Assembly (NCBI GenBank): GCA_037142615.1
Contig: JBAXAI010000019.1
Coordinates: 8,878 to 72,877, forward strand
Length of the DNA stretch: 64,000 nucleotides
DNA from: Spirochaetales bacterium
GTDB taxonomy: Bacteria; Spirochaetota; Spirochaetia; JABEVK01
Direction of reading: 5' to 3'
Position numbers and translations under genes: made by a program
Part shown: positions 45,939-55,976 of the stretch, one piece after another
Numbering within the stretch: position 1 is the first letter of the stretch
Layout: the number at the start of each line of letters is the position of its first letter
Notes under the pieces: model-generated
The model's database searches: none
Told to the model about the DNA's origin: nothing
What the model saw: the letters and a program-made list of their open reading frames with translations, nothing else

Positions 45939-46973
45939 CTAGACCTGATTGCTGAGTGGCAAGCCCAGCGTTTCGTCGAAGCCAAAGCGAAGGTTCATGT
46001 TCTGCACCGCTTGGCCCGAAGCCCCCTTCACCAGGTTGTCGAGCACGCTGCTGATGATCAGGCTCTGCCCGTCCTGCTGGGCCCCGAAATCGCAGCGGTT
46101 GGAGCCCCACACTTCGCCGCTCGCGGGCATCCGGGCGCCCGTGTAGCGTACGAAAGGCCTGCCTGCGTAGGCGCTGCGCCACGAGACCTCGGCATCGGCC
46201 AGAGTCTTCCCGGGTGCCAGGTCGACGACCAGGGTGGCCTCCATGCTCCGCTTCATCGGCACCAAATGCGGATTGAACAGCACCGAGGCGTCCGGAGCCA
46301 CAAACCTCAGCTCGGTTTCGATCTCTTGGCTATGCCGGTGCTGATGACCAGGCGAGTACAAGACCACGCTTTCGGCGCGTTCCACCAGACTGTACTTGAG
46401 GTCGGTCTTTTTGCCGGCTCCCGAGATGCCGCTCACCGCGCTGATGATGGCCCGGCCCGTGACTACTCCGTCGCGGTACAGCGGGAGCAGGGGCGTCAGC
46501 GAGCAAGTGGTGTAGCAGCCGGGATTTGCGATAAGGTCTGCTCGGCGGATGGCTTCGGTGTGCCATTCGGCCAGCCCGTACACCGCTTGGTCGAGAAGGT
46601 CGGGGCGAGGTGGTTCCTGCCCGTAGGCCTGCGCAAAAATGGCACGGTCCTTGATGCGGAAATCGGCTGAAAGATCAATCACCACGGTATTGCCGAAGAA
46701 GGGCGCACACACTCGTGCGCTGGCAAGATGCGGAAGCGCCGAGAACACCACGTCGGGCTTGAGCTCCGCAGTCCGATCGGTGGTCAGGAAGACGCCACCC
46801 GAGAGGGCGTACTTCCCCGAGACGCCGCCCAGACCAGGATCCTCGGAATCGATGGGTTCCCCAGGCTTCGAACTCGACACCGCGAGAAGGTCGCTCACGC
46901 GCGGGTGGCCTTCGAGCAGGCGCAGCAGCAACATCCCCGTGTAGCCGGTAGCTCCGATGACAGCAACTTTCAA
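45939..46973 (-). CDS. argC: N-acetyl-gamma-glutamyl-phosphate reductase
   Basis: GATGYTG, DLSADFR, NPGCY, SGISGAG, DNLVKGASGQA. Confidence 0.96.
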   Translation of the reverse strand: MKVAVIGATGYTGMLLLRLLEGHPRVSDLLAVSSSKPGEPIDSEDPGLGGVSGKYALSGGVFLTTDRTAELKPDVVFSALPHLASARVCAPFFGNTVVIDLSADFRIKDRAIFAQAYGQEPPRPDLLDQAVYGLAEWHTEAIRRADLIANPGCYTTCSLTPLLPLYRDGVVTGRAIISAVSGISGAGKKTDLKYSLVERAESVVLYSPGHQHRHSQEIETELRFVAPDASVLFNPHLVPMKRSMEATLVVDLAPGKTLADAEVSWRSAYAGRPFVRYTGARMPASGEVWGSNRCDFGAQQDGQSLIISSVLDNLVKGASGQAVQNMNLRFGFDETLGLPLSNQV

Positions 46974-46974
46974 A

Positions 46975-47439
46975 TCAGGCCTCCCAGTCCGGCATCAACT
47001 TTACCAAGTGAACTTGCAGGGTCTCAAAAGTAAAGTCCTGCCGGAGGATGATCAAGATGGTGTCGTCCCCCGCGACGGTGCCCAGAATGGCTGGGACCTC
47101 CAGGTTGTCGAGAGCCCACGCCGTGGCTTGAGCGTGTCCGGGCAGGGTCTTGAGGACCACCAGATTCCCCGAGGACTCCATGCTCAGATAGCCCCGCTGG
47201 AAGTCGCGCACCAGCTCGTCGCGGTTGCGGTTTGACTCCTCCGGCAAGGCATACACGTAGCCCCCCGTCTGAGCGCTTACTTTACCCACGCGCAAAACCC
47301 GCAGGTCGCGGCTGAGCGTCGCCTGCGTGATGTCATGACCCTGGGCACCCATCAGGACCAGCAACTCGTCCTGGCTCGAGACGGCATGGCTGCTGATGGT
47401 TCTCGCGACGGCCTTGAGGCGTTCATCCCTGCTCTTCAT
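46975..47439 (-). CDS. argR: Arginine repressor
   Basis: SQDEL, TQATLSRDL, GTVAGDDT. Confidence 0.96.
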   Translation of the reverse strand: MKSRDERLKAVARTISSHAVSSQDELLVLMGAQGHDITQATLSRDLRVLRVGKVSAQTGGYVYALPEESNRNRDELVRDFQRGYLSMESSGNLVVLKTLPGHAQATAWALDNLEVPAILGTVAGDDTILIILRQDFTFETLQVHLVKLMPDWEA

Positions 47440-47457
47440 CGCCAAAACCTACCACTG

Positions 47458-47496
47458 AATGAAACAAAATGCAATATCGCTGCATAAAATTGCAAA
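47458..47496. promoter_or_regulatory. Tandem ARG boxes
   Basis: TGAAA-CAAA-ATGCA (47460) and TGCAT-AAAA-TTGCA (47481): two 18-bp boxes 3 bp apart, directly upstream of argR. Confidence 0.85.
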
Positions 47497-47514
47497 AATC
47501 TCCAGCGGACACAG

Positions 47515-48924
47515 TCAGGACTTGCCTTGGCTGAGGATCTGGTCCTTCTTCAGAAGGGCGTTCTCAGGCTGAAGCTTCAGAGACTCGGAAAGCAATTGCC
47601 TGGCCGCGTCCTTCTGTCCTCTGTTCCACAGAGAAGCAAACTGGTTGTGAACGTCAACGCTCCAGTTGTAGACGTAGATTTCTCGGGCCTTCGTCACGGT
47701 CGGCTGGCTGCGCACGTCGGTCGGCAGACTGTCGATGAACTGCCAGGCCGCGAGGTTGCCAGAGGTTGCTCGCCGCTGGATCTCCTGACCATAGATCGCG
47801 CTCAGCAGTTCCTGCCGCCTCGGCGCCCCGATACTTCCCTGGGTAAAAGCCGTCTCCACGTTGCGGGCCGCTTCCAGATAGGGAAGGTTTTTGACGTCGG
47901 TAACCAACCGCGCGGCCAGGATAACGCCGGAGACTTGGTTCCATTGGTCCTGGCTCAGGCATTCGCGGTTCTTCCACTGGGTTGCCAAAGCGAAAGCCCC
48001 CGAAAAGTCATTCTTGTCGAGCAGGGTGTTGATGTGATTGTTGAGCAGGGCATTCACCAGGTTCTTCACCTCGGCAACGGGCCCCAGGTAGCTCAGCAGC
48101 GATTCGGCCAGACTCAGACCGGCGAGGTAGTCTTTGCGGGCGTTGTTGTCGGCAGCCAGATTGATGTACCCCTCGATGAGCGTTTCCTTCGATTCCGGCG
48201 AAGGATCCAGAGCCCAGCGATCGAGGGCGGCCCCCACGCAGTCCACCAGATTGCCCGAACTCTGCCACGCGGCCATCCTGTTTTGCACGATCAGGCCCAG
48301 CAACCCCCGGTCGGTGATGGTTTTGCGGGCAGAGTACTTTCCGGGAGGCACGTAGGCAAAACCGGTGGCCCCAAAACTGTTGGTGAACTCGGTCTTGGTT
48401 CCCGGATTGAACCCGTAGGGAGTCGTTGTTTCGACGTCAATTTCGCGGCCATCGGAGAGCCTCACCAGACAAAAGGCATGGCTGGTGGTCGCCACCGCCT
48501 GCACGTCAAGGCCGACACTGCGGCCCAGCAGAAGGTAGGCCACCGCCGACGAAACGCAGTTGAACTGGCCGTTCTCGATCAGAGTATCCAGGCGGGTCTG
48601 GTAGGTCTGGTAACGGCGCAGGTGGTTCTGGTGAAGGAACTCGAGCACAAACTCGCCTGTCTTTTCCTCGCTGAGTCCCGGTGGAAGCTTGGCCGCCAGT
48701 TCTGCCTGCCAACGGGCAAACTCCTGATGCCACGAACCCGTGTTGGCCGGGGGCAAGCCCGAAAGAATGAGCGCCAGCTCGAGCTGCGACGACGGAGGCA
48801 AGGGCTGGACCGCCGCCAGCGCCACAACTTCGGGCAGGGGCTCCAAACGCAACCGGTCGGTCGTGGCAGCCCACAGACTCGGCGCGAACACAAGCGCCAG
48901 CAGGAGAAACTTCCCAATTCTCAT
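47515..48924 (-). CDS. Secreted transglutaminase-like (Cys-His-acid) protein with helical repeats
   Basis: Signal peptide; GQFNCVSS, SHAF, IDVETT; TPR-like C-terminus. Confidence 0.7.
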   Translation of the reverse strand: MRIGKFLLLALVFAPSLWAATTDRLRLEPLPEVVALAAVQPLPPSSQLELALILSGLPPANTGSWHQEFARWQAELAAKLPPGLSEEKTGEFVLEFLHQNHLRRYQTYQTRLDTLIENGQFNCVSSAVAYLLLGRSVGLDVQAVATTSHAFCLVRLSDGREIDVETTTPYGFNPGTKTEFTNSFGATGFAYVPPGKYSARKTITDRGLLGLIVQNRMAAWQSSGNLVDCVGAALDRWALDPSPESKETLIEGYINLAADNNARKDYLAGLSLAESLLSYLGPVAEVKNLVNALLNNHINTLLDKNDFSGAFALATQWKNRECLSQDQWNQVSGVILAARLVTDVKNLPYLEAARNVETAFTQGSIGAPRRQELLSAIYGQEIQRRATSGNLAAWQFIDSLPTDVRSQPTVTKAREIYVYNWSVDVHNQFASLWNRGQKDAARQLLSESLKLQPENALLKKDQILSQGKS

Positions 48925-48982
48925 GGGGGCATTCTAAACCATGGAACTGGATTTTTCGGTGGCGATAGGGTAAGAAATCCGA

Positions 48983-50653
48983 ATGAGTCTGCTGCGGCGC
49001 CTTGTGCCCCTTGTTTTTCTTGTTTTTCCAGCCGTTTCGGGCCCAGCGCTCGACTTCTGGGACAAGACTCCCGATGACCTGCTTGCCACCGCGCTGGTCG
49101 CGGCCATGAGCCCCGGCGAACTGGCTTCGCAGGTGATCATGGTTGCCTTTCCCGAACCGCAGCCCGACGCCGCAATCCGCCAGTGGGCGGCCGAAATGGG
49201 GCTCGGGGGTATCAAGTTTTTTGGCTGGAACGCCGCCAGCCCGGAGTCGGTGGCGACCGCGGTGGTCACGCTGCAGGCCGAGAGTCAGCGGACCCGTTGG
49301 CGCATTCCGCTGCTCGTCGCGACCGATCAGGAAGGCGGGTGGGTGCGCCACATCAAGGGCGCTACGAGTACCTCCCCTGGCAATCTTGCCCTCGGAGCTT
49401 CACGTTTGCCCTGGGACGCGTGGCGGACGGGGCAACTCTTGGGAACCGAACTGCGCGAAATGGGCGTCAACATGAACTTCGCGCCCTCGGTTGATCTTTA
49501 TACGAATCCGGACTCTACCGTGATCGGTCCGCGCTCGTTCTCGGCGGATCCGCTGGAGGCCGGGGTGCTGGGAGCGGCCTTCTTCCGGGGTCTGGCAAGC
49601 GTCGGGGTCATTGCGACGGCCAAGCACTTTCCTGGACACGGCAATACCGCCGACGACAGCCATGGCAAGCTTCCGGTTCTCCAAGACACTCTCGAGGTCC
49701 TCACCAAACGCGAACTTGTCCCCTATCGCTTGCTGATCGCCGAAGGGCTGCCGGCCATCATGAGCGGCCACCTGGCCTTTCCAAAAATCAGCGGGAACGA
49801 CCTGCCTGCCTCGCTCTCGCCCCAATTGATCGAGGGACTTCTCCGCCGGGACTTGGGCTTCCGGGGGGTCGTCATCACCGACGACCTGCTGATGGAAGGC
49901 GCAAGGCCGGGCGACCTCAGCATATCCCAGGCAGCCCTGCAGGCTCTGATGGCCGGAAACGATCTGCTTCTCATCTCGAAACCCCTGTCGGCCCAGTTGG
50001 AGGCGCGTCACCTTTTGGTCGCTACTGCGGCTTCCAACCCCGCCGTGATGGACCGCCTCCGCGAAAGCGCCCGGCGCGTGCTTCTGCTCAAACTGCGGCA
50101 GCTCAAGGGACCGAAGGCCGTGCCGCTGAACCCTACACCCGCCAAGCTTCAGCTTCCCACGGCCGGAGCCGCTGAGTACTTCCTGCAGTCGACCGCGCGC
50201 GCTGCGACCCTGCTTGCCGGCAAGGACCTGCCTTGGTCGACCGCCGGCCCTCTGCTGGTCGTAACTCCGTATGAGGGAGCTCTTCCCGCGCTGGGCCTGA
50301 GGTTTCCAGCGGCGCGGGCCTTGCCGTACGAATATCGTTTCACCGGATTTGACCCCGACTTCCGGGCTGCTCTGGTCGCCAGGGCTCCCTCCGAAGGCCG
50401 ACTGGTCTTTGTGCTGGCCGTACCCGGTGCGATGGCCTACCTCAAGGCCTTGGAACCTTGGAAGGAGAAACTGGCCGTCATTTCGCTGCTTTCACCGGTC
50501 TACCTGCGCGAGGTGCCTTGGGTGCGCAATGCGGTGGCCGTCTACGGTACCAACGCTGCGGCCTTCGAAGTGGCGGCTGCCGTCCTCGCCGGCGATTTTG
50601 CGCCACGGGGAGTTCTTCCCCTCAAGCTCTCTCCCGTCGCCGAGGTTCCGTGA
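48983..50653 (+). CDS. GH3 beta-N-acetylhexosaminidase (NagZ-like)
   Basis: DQEGG, RSFS, KHFPGHGxxxxDSH, ITDDLLM. Confidence 0.9.
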   Translation: MSLLRRLVPLVFLVFPAVSGPALDFWDKTPDDLLATALVAAMSPGELASQVIMVAFPEPQPDAAIRQWAAEMGLGGIKFFGWNAASPESVATAVVTLQAESQRTRWRIPLLVATDQEGGWVRHIKGATSTSPGNLALGASRLPWDAWRTGQLLGTELREMGVNMNFAPSVDLYTNPDSTVIGPRSFSADPLEAGVLGAAFFRGLASVGVIATAKHFPGHGNTADDSHGKLPVLQDTLEVLTKRELVPYRLLIAEGLPAIMSGHLAFPKISGNDLPASLSPQLIEGLLRRDLGFRGVVITDDLLMEGARPGDLSISQAALQALMAGNDLLLISKPLSAQLEARHLLVATAASNPAVMDRLRESARRVLLLKLRQLKGPKAVPLNPTPAKLQLPTAGAAEYFLQSTARAATLLAGKDLPWSTAGPLLVVTPYEGALPALGLRFPAARALPYEYRFTGFDPDFRAALVARAPSEGRLVFVLAVPGAMAYLKALEPWKEKLAVISLLSPVYLREVPWVRNAVAVYGTNAAAFEVAAAVLAGDFAPRGVLPLKLSPVAEVP

Positions 50654-51456
50654 AGCCGGTTTCAGGCCAGCTAGCGAGAGAGGTGCGACGTTGGCTTGAG
50701 GCTCAGGGGCCCTTGACCACGGGGCTGTTGGCACAGCAGGGCGCCAAGCTTCTGGTTGCGCCCTCCGCTTCCGGTTGGAATCTGGCGACGGTTCGCGATC
50801 GGGCTGTGGTGTATCCCGTCTTCCCGGATTCCTTGTCGGTGAGCGAGCAGGGCGCTTTCCAGAACCTCTGTTCCCGACTCCACGAGAGTTTCTGCCTGAT
50901 GGGGCCGCTTTCGTGGGTGTCGCGTGCCGAAGCCTGCTTGAGCGGACCACGCTTTCGCGAAATGCGCACGGTTGACTACGATTTCCTTTCCCGGCCCTGG
51001 CGCGGCGAACCGGTGCCCGAGGATCCCCAGTTGACGGTGGCCCGGCCGGCTGACGCGGGGGTTCTGTTTCCGCTTCAGGAGGGTTACGAAAAGGAAGAAG
51101 TGCTCTTTTCGCCTGAAGAGTTTCAACGCGTGGTCAGTTGGCTGGCCTTCCAGAAGACGCTGAAGGAACAGTTGGTTGTCATCCGGTGGAACGGGCGGCA
51201 ACCCGTGGCCCAAGCTCGCACCAACGCCCGGTTTGGGGCCTGGGCGCAGATTGGGGGAGTCTACACCGTGCCGTCACAACGGCGCCGTGGCCTTCAGAAG
51301 GAACTGCTTTCGTACTTGCTGGCGAAGTTATCCTCTGCAGGCCAGGGAGCCTGTCTTTTCGTCAAGAAAGAAAACCTGGCCGCCGTCAATCTGTACTACT
51401 CGCTGGGTTTCGGTGATGCCGTCGACTACCGAATCAGCTACTGGCGGAAGGCCTGA
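50650..51456 (+). CDS. GNAT family acetyltransferase
   Basis: QIGGVYT...RRRGL, CLFV..N..A..LY.SLGF. Confidence 0.85.
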   Translation: MKPVSGQLAREVRRWLEAQGPLTTGLLAQQGAKLLVAPSASGWNLATVRDRAVVYPVFPDSLSVSEQGAFQNLCSRLHESFCLMGPLSWVSRAEACLSGPRFREMRTVDYDFLSRPWRGEPVPEDPQLTVARPADAGVLFPLQEGYEKEEVLFSPEEFQRVVSWLAFQKTLKEQLVVIRWNGRQPVAQARTNARFGAWAQIGGVYTVPSQRRRGLQKELLSYLLAKLSSAGQGACLFVKKENLAAVNLYYSLGFGDAVDYRISYWRKA

Positions 51457-52663
51457 CCGGCGCCTTTTGCCCGAAAAGGCCCTGAAAGAACAGCGAAACC
51501 GCGTCGGCAACGCCCTGCCACCACGGAGCTTCGTGAAGTAGTTTCTGCGACACCAAGGGCAGACTGTAGAACACCTTGCCCCCGCGCGACCATTCCACCC
51601 GGCCTAAGGGTGTGTGCGGCGGAAAAGGGCCCAGGTAGGCCTCATCGAGCACCACCCGGGCTTGTACCAGCGGGCTTTCCTCGGTCGAAAGCGGGTAAAC
51701 GGCCTCCTGGGCCACAGAAACATCAACCAGCGATTCTTGCGCATACCACACCCGCACCGGGGGAAGAACGGGCAAAGGGAGAGGCCTGAGCGGGTAGTTG
51801 GCAAATCCGAAATCCAGCAGCTTCGAGGCCTGGGCCGCCCGAACCCGGCTGCCTTCGTTGAGGTCAGCAGCCTGCACGCCGAGAACAACGGCAATGAGCC
51901 TCTGCGAACCGCGCCGGGCCGTGGCCGCCAGATTGTAGCCGGATTCGGTGATGTAGCCGGTTTTGAGTCCATCCGCGCCGGGATACGACTCCAAGAGAGA
52001 GTTGCGGTTGGCCTGCACGATCGTCTTGACGGGCCGCCTGTCTCCAGAGGCTCGGTTTTCCTCCAGCGGATACGCGAGTTGGCGAACACTGTGCAACAGC
52101 TCCAGGGCCTGAGGGTGCGCCTGTATGTACAGGCGGCAAAACCGTGCCCAGTCTGCGGCCGTGGTCCGGTTCTCGGGGCTGAACCCGAACGCATCGCGAA
52201 ACTCGGTCCGAGCCAGCCCCAACGCCTTTGTCTCCGCGTTCATGAGCCCCACAAAGCCGGACTGGCTGCCACCAAGAAACTGGGCAAGCACCAAGCCCGC
52301 GTCGTTGCCGCTGTCCACCGCGAGCCCGAGCATCAGCTCCTTGACGGTGACCTGCTGGCCCGCTTCGAGGAACATCAGCGATGAGCCGGCAGGAACCAGT
52401 GCCAGAACTGCGGGCGTGACCGGAACCTTGGTCGAGGGCTGGACAGTTCCGGCTTCGAGGGCCTTCCAGGCCAGATGCAACGTCATCAGCTTGGTGAGCG
52501 AGGCAGGCGGATCCTGCCAGTCGGGATTCTTTTGAAAAAGAAGGCGGCCCGTGGTGAAGTCCATCAGCGCGGCGCCAGGCACGGGTGGGACAAGGTCTTC
52601 GGCAAGGGCCGAACTCCAAAGCCAGAGAACGCTGAAGAGGGCAAGGGCGAGGGGACTGTGCAT
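51434..52663 (-). CDS. D-alanyl-D-alanine carboxypeptidase (S11)
   Basis: SLTK (SxxK), SGN, KTG; real start at ATG 52663 with signal peptide. Confidence 0.93.
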   Translation of the reverse strand: MHSPLALALFSVLWLWSSALAEDLVPPVPGAALMDFTTGRLLFQKNPDWQDPPASLTKLMTLHLAWKALEAGTVQPSTKVPVTPAVLALVPAGSSLMFLEAGQQVTVKELMLGLAVDSGNDAGLVLAQFLGGSQSGFVGLMNAETKALGLARTEFRDAFGFSPENRTTAADWARFCRLYIQAHPQALELLHSVRQLAYPLEENRASGDRRPVKTIVQANRNSLLESYPGADGLKTGYITESGYNLAATARRGSQRLIAVVLGVQAADLNEGSRVRAAQASKLLDFGFANYPLRPLPLPVLPPVRVWYAQESLVDVSVAQEAVYPLSTEESPLVQARVVLDEAYLGPFPPHTPLGRVEWSRGGKVFYSLPLVSQKLLHEAPWWQGVADAVSLFFQGLFGQKAPVRPSASS

Positions 52664-52735
52664 GGAAGTACCCACCTTACCCAGGCTCCGTCCGGCGGTC
52701 AAGACAAACCCGGGGGGCCATGCTATAACCCTCCC

Positions 52736-53611
52736 ATGACCGGTCCGACCGGGGCGTCCCGAGCCCTTCCCGCTTGGTTTCTCCAGTTCTGCACTCCCGG
52801 GGCCGACCGGTTGGCTCTGCTGGCCCAGGTGCTTCACGCGGCGGGCGTGCCGTTCGAGCTCGTCAAGACCGGTGCCTTTCGCCATGTTCAGGTGCGACCC
52901 GGCCGAGCGGCGAAGCCTGAGGCCGGCGAAAAACTCGTGCTGGCCCATTACGACCGGGTTGCCGGCAGTCCGGGCGCCAACGACAACGGTGCCAGCGTTC
53001 TGGCTCTGGTGGAGTACCTCCGGCAGCCCCGCAAGGGTCTTCCCCTCAGGGTGGTTTTCACTGACGGAGAAGAGCTCCCCGCCGGAGTTCCGGCCTCCGA
53101 CCAAGGTGCCTTTGCGCTGGCACACCATTGGGGCCCGCTCCCGGGCGTGTTTCCTGTGGTTCTCGACATGACAGGAATCGGCGATACCGTGGTGCTGGGA
53201 CATCTTGGCGAACACCTGATACGAAAGACCCGTCCAGGCGGGCCTCCTACCGACCTCGACGCGTATGCCCGCCAACGGTTGGGCGCGCTGCGGTGGCTGG
53301 CGACCTGTGGGGCGGGTGACACCCTGGAAGTAAACACCCCGTTTTCCGACGACCTTGGTCTCTTCCTGGCGGGAATCCCTGCAGTGCAGGTGAGCCTTCT
53401 GCCCAGGCGTCAGGCTTTGGCCTACCGAAAGGCGCGTGAAGCTCCCGGCGAACTGGAAGGCCGGGAAGCTGGTCCCTTGCCTCCGGCCTGGCGCACCATG
53501 CATACCCCGGACGACAAGCCCGAGAATCTGACAAATGAAAGCCGGGTGTTGGTCGCCCAGCTGCTCGACAGACTAGAGGTATTTCCTAGTAGCGGGTTTC
53601 GAGGTCCTTGA
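52736..53611 (+). CDS. M28 family metallopeptidase
   Basis: AHYD, PGANDN, DGEE, LDM, SDD, HTPDD. Confidence 0.88.
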   Translation: MTGPTGASRALPAWFLQFCTPGADRLALLAQVLHAAGVPFELVKTGAFRHVQVRPGRAAKPEAGEKLVLAHYDRVAGSPGANDNGASVLALVEYLRQPRKGLPLRVVFTDGEELPAGVPASDQGAFALAHHWGPLPGVFPVVLDMTGIGDTVVLGHLGEHLIRKTRPGGPPTDLDAYARQRLGALRWLATCGAGDTLEVNTPFSDDLGLFLAGIPAVQVSLLPRRQALAYRKAREAPGELEGREAGPLPPAWRTMHTPDDKPENLTNESRVLVAQLLDRLEVFPSSGFRGP

Positions 53612-54554
53612 GCAGTGTTGCCATGGTTGCCTGATCGACCTTTGTTCCGGGTTGACGGAGGACGGTCTCGGCCACCAAACACCCGCATTCGCAGGCAGAC
53701 CTGAGAGTCAGTCCGCGGTCCAAGCCCCAGAAGAACCCAGCCTGCAGGGCATCGCCTGCCCCCGTGGTGTCGAAGGGCTCTTCTGTTGAAGCCGGAACAT
53801 CGATGAAGTTGCCCCCGTCATAAAGTCGACAACCGAGCTCACCCCGTTTCACGACGAAGCTCCTCACCAGCGGTGAAAAACTCACCAATGCCTCGTCGGA
53901 GGTCGATCCTGACAGACAACGGGCTTCTTCTTCCTGGGCAAATAGATACTGGATGTCTCCGGCCCTGAGGAAGCGCTCCAGACGTTTCCGGTGACGAGTG
54001 GTGAGCACCGGGTCAGAGGTATCGAAAGCCACCGCCTTTTGCTTGGCACGGCAACGCTCCAGGAGCGACTCCATCACGCCGGTCTCTTCCAAGAGGTAGC
54101 CTTCGAGGCTGACAATATCGGCGGCCTCCAGCAAGGCATCGCTGACCAAAGCAGCCGGCAACCCCTCCGAGGCCGAACGGTAGGTGGCTATGGTCCGGTT
54201 GCCCCGAGGGCTGAGAAACGTCACGCAAATGCCTGTTGGGCTGTCGGTACGGCGAAGGAGGGTAGTCACGCCCGCCGCCTGAAGCTCACTCTCGAACAGG
54301 CTGCCTTCATCATCGTTTCCGCACTGGCTGACGAAGAACGTGGAAAGACCCAAGCCGGAGGCAAGCTTGGCGACGTTGGCCGAACTGCCCCCTGCCGTCA
54401 GGTGCTTTTGGCCGAGCGTGAGCAGGATGGCCCTCATGCGATAGTCGGGCACCGTATTGAACGAACCGGTGTGCAGACCCAGTCGGAGCGGGACCTCGTC
54501 GGCGGTAAACGCGTAAGCGTCGACCAGCGCGTGCCCCACCCCGAGCAGGGTCAC
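53586..54554 (-). CDS. PfkB family kinase (adenosine/inosine kinase-like)
   Basis: GHALVD, GGSSAN, LEGYL, DTTGAGD. Confidence 0.88.
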   Translation of the reverse strand: MTLLGVGHALVDAYAFTADEVPLRLGLHTGSFNTVPDYRMRAILLTLGQKHLTAGGSSANVAKLASGLGLSTFFVSQCGNDDEGSLFESELQAAGVTTLLRRTDSPTGICVTFLSPRGNRTIATYRSASEGLPAALVSDALLEAADIVSLEGYLLEETGVMESLLERCRAKQKAVAFDTSDPVLTTRHRKRLERFLRAGDIQYLFAQEEEARCLSGSTSDEALVSFSPLVRSFVVKRGELGCRLYDGGNFIDVPASTEEPFDTTGAGDALQAGFFWGLDRGLTLRSACECGCLVAETVLRQPGTKVDQATMATLLKDLETRY

Positions 54555-55879
54555 GCCAGAATATCCTGCAGGGCAGGGTTCTTTTTCAGTTCCTTTTCCA
54601 GGCCCTTAACCCGTTCTTTGTTGACGTAGTCCTTCGCCTCAAACGAGTACTTGAAGTTGGTGTGGATGTCGTAGGTGCCGGCACTGATGGCGTAGGCGTC
54701 CTCGGTGATCACCAACTCTTCGTCGGTTGGAATCACGAAGATTTTGATCGGCGAGTGGTCGGCGCTGATGCAGGTCTCGGCGTTGCGGGTGCGGCTGAGT
54801 TTGTTCTTGTCGGGGTCGAGAATGATCCCCAGGTTGTCAAGGCCCTTGAGCGCCTCCTCGCGCGTGGCAGGGCTCATTTCTCCGACACCCGCGGTGAACA
54901 CGATGGCGTCCACGCGGCCCAAGCCGGCCATGTAGCCGCCGATGTATTTTTTCAGGCGGTAGCCTTCCATCGAACGGGCCAGCTGCGACTGAGCATCGCC
55001 GTTGTCGGCCGCCTGGTTGACGTCACGCCGGTCCGAGAATCGCCCGGTGACACCGAGCAAACCCGACTTCTTGTTCAGGTCGTTCTCGACCTGCTGGCTT
55101 GTCATCCCGGTGCGGCGGCAGATGTAGTTGATGATGGCCGGGTCAATGTCGCCCGAGCGTGTCCCCATGATCAAGCCTTCCAGCGGGGTCAAGCCCATCG
55201 ACGTGTCGAAGGCGCAACCATCCTTGACCGCGCTCATCGAGGCTCCGTTGCCCACGTGGGCAATGATGAGGTTGGTTTCCATCGGGTCTTTGCCCAGAAG
55301 TACCGACGCTCGCTTGGCCGTGTACAGGAACGACGTGCCGTGGAAGCCGTAGCGGCGCACGCCGTAGTAGGTGTACCAGTTGTACGGAACGGCGTAGATG
55401 TAGCTGGAGGCGGGCATGGTCTGGTGCCAGGCGGTGTCGAGCACCGCGATCTGCGGCACATTGGGAAGCACCCGCTGGGCGGCTTCAATGCCCGAGATGT
55501 TGGCAGGAAGGTGGAGAGGACCAAGATCGACAAGTTCGCGGAAAGTCTGCAGCGACTCCGGGGTCACAAGGACCGATTTACCGAACTTCTGCCCGCCATG
55601 AAGCACCCGGTGTCCGACGGCTTTGACATCTTCGATCTTCTTGACGACGCCAACCCTCGAGTCGGCCACGGTTTCCAGAATCATCTGGATGGCCGTTTCG
55701 TGGTCGGGGATCTCCCGGTTGATCGTCAATGTCTCGTTGTGATGGGTCGAGTGCTCGAGTACCGAGTCGGGCGTTCCGACGCGTTCCACCAGCCCTTTGG
55801 CCATCACCATCTTCTCTTCCCAGTTGTACACCTGGTATTTGACCGAAGAACTGCCGCAATTCAATGTCAGGATGACCAT
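54551..55879 (-). CDS. ackA: Acetate kinase
   Basis: [48 protein letters not shown]. Confidence 0.96.
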   Translation of the reverse strand: MVILTLNCGSSSVKYQVYNWEEKMVMAKGLVERVGTPDSVLEHSTHHNETLTINREIPDHETAIQMILETVADSRVGVVKKIEDVKAVGHRVLHGGQKFGKSVLVTPESLQTFRELVDLGPLHLPANISGIEAAQRVLPNVPQIAVLDTAWHQTMPASSYIYAVPYNWYTYYGVRRYGFHGTSFLYTAKRASVLLGKDPMETNLIIAHVGNGASMSAVKDGCAFDTSMGLTPLEGLIMGTRSGDIDPAIINYICRRTGMTSQQVENDLNKKSGLLGVTGRFSDRRDVNQAADNGDAQSQLARSMEGYRLKKYIGGYMAGLGRVDAIVFTAGVGEMSPATREEALKGLDNLGIILDPDKNKLSRTRNAETCISADHSPIKIFVIPTDEELVITEDAYAISAGTYDIHTNFKYSFEAKDYVNKERVKGLEKELKKNPALQDILA

Positions 55880-55976
55880 CGACTGAAAACCTCCCTTGGA
55901 AACGAAACCGGATCCATTTTGTCACGAAGGTGCTGAAACTTCAAGCAGAACGGCCTTCACCGCTGTCTTGATTCCC

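Noticed and set aside
52664-53503. Long N-terminal extension or fusion on the DD-carboxypeptidase
   Set aside because: Antisense to the M28 peptidase; the signal peptide and TTGACC-17-TAAGGT promoter point to ATG 52663
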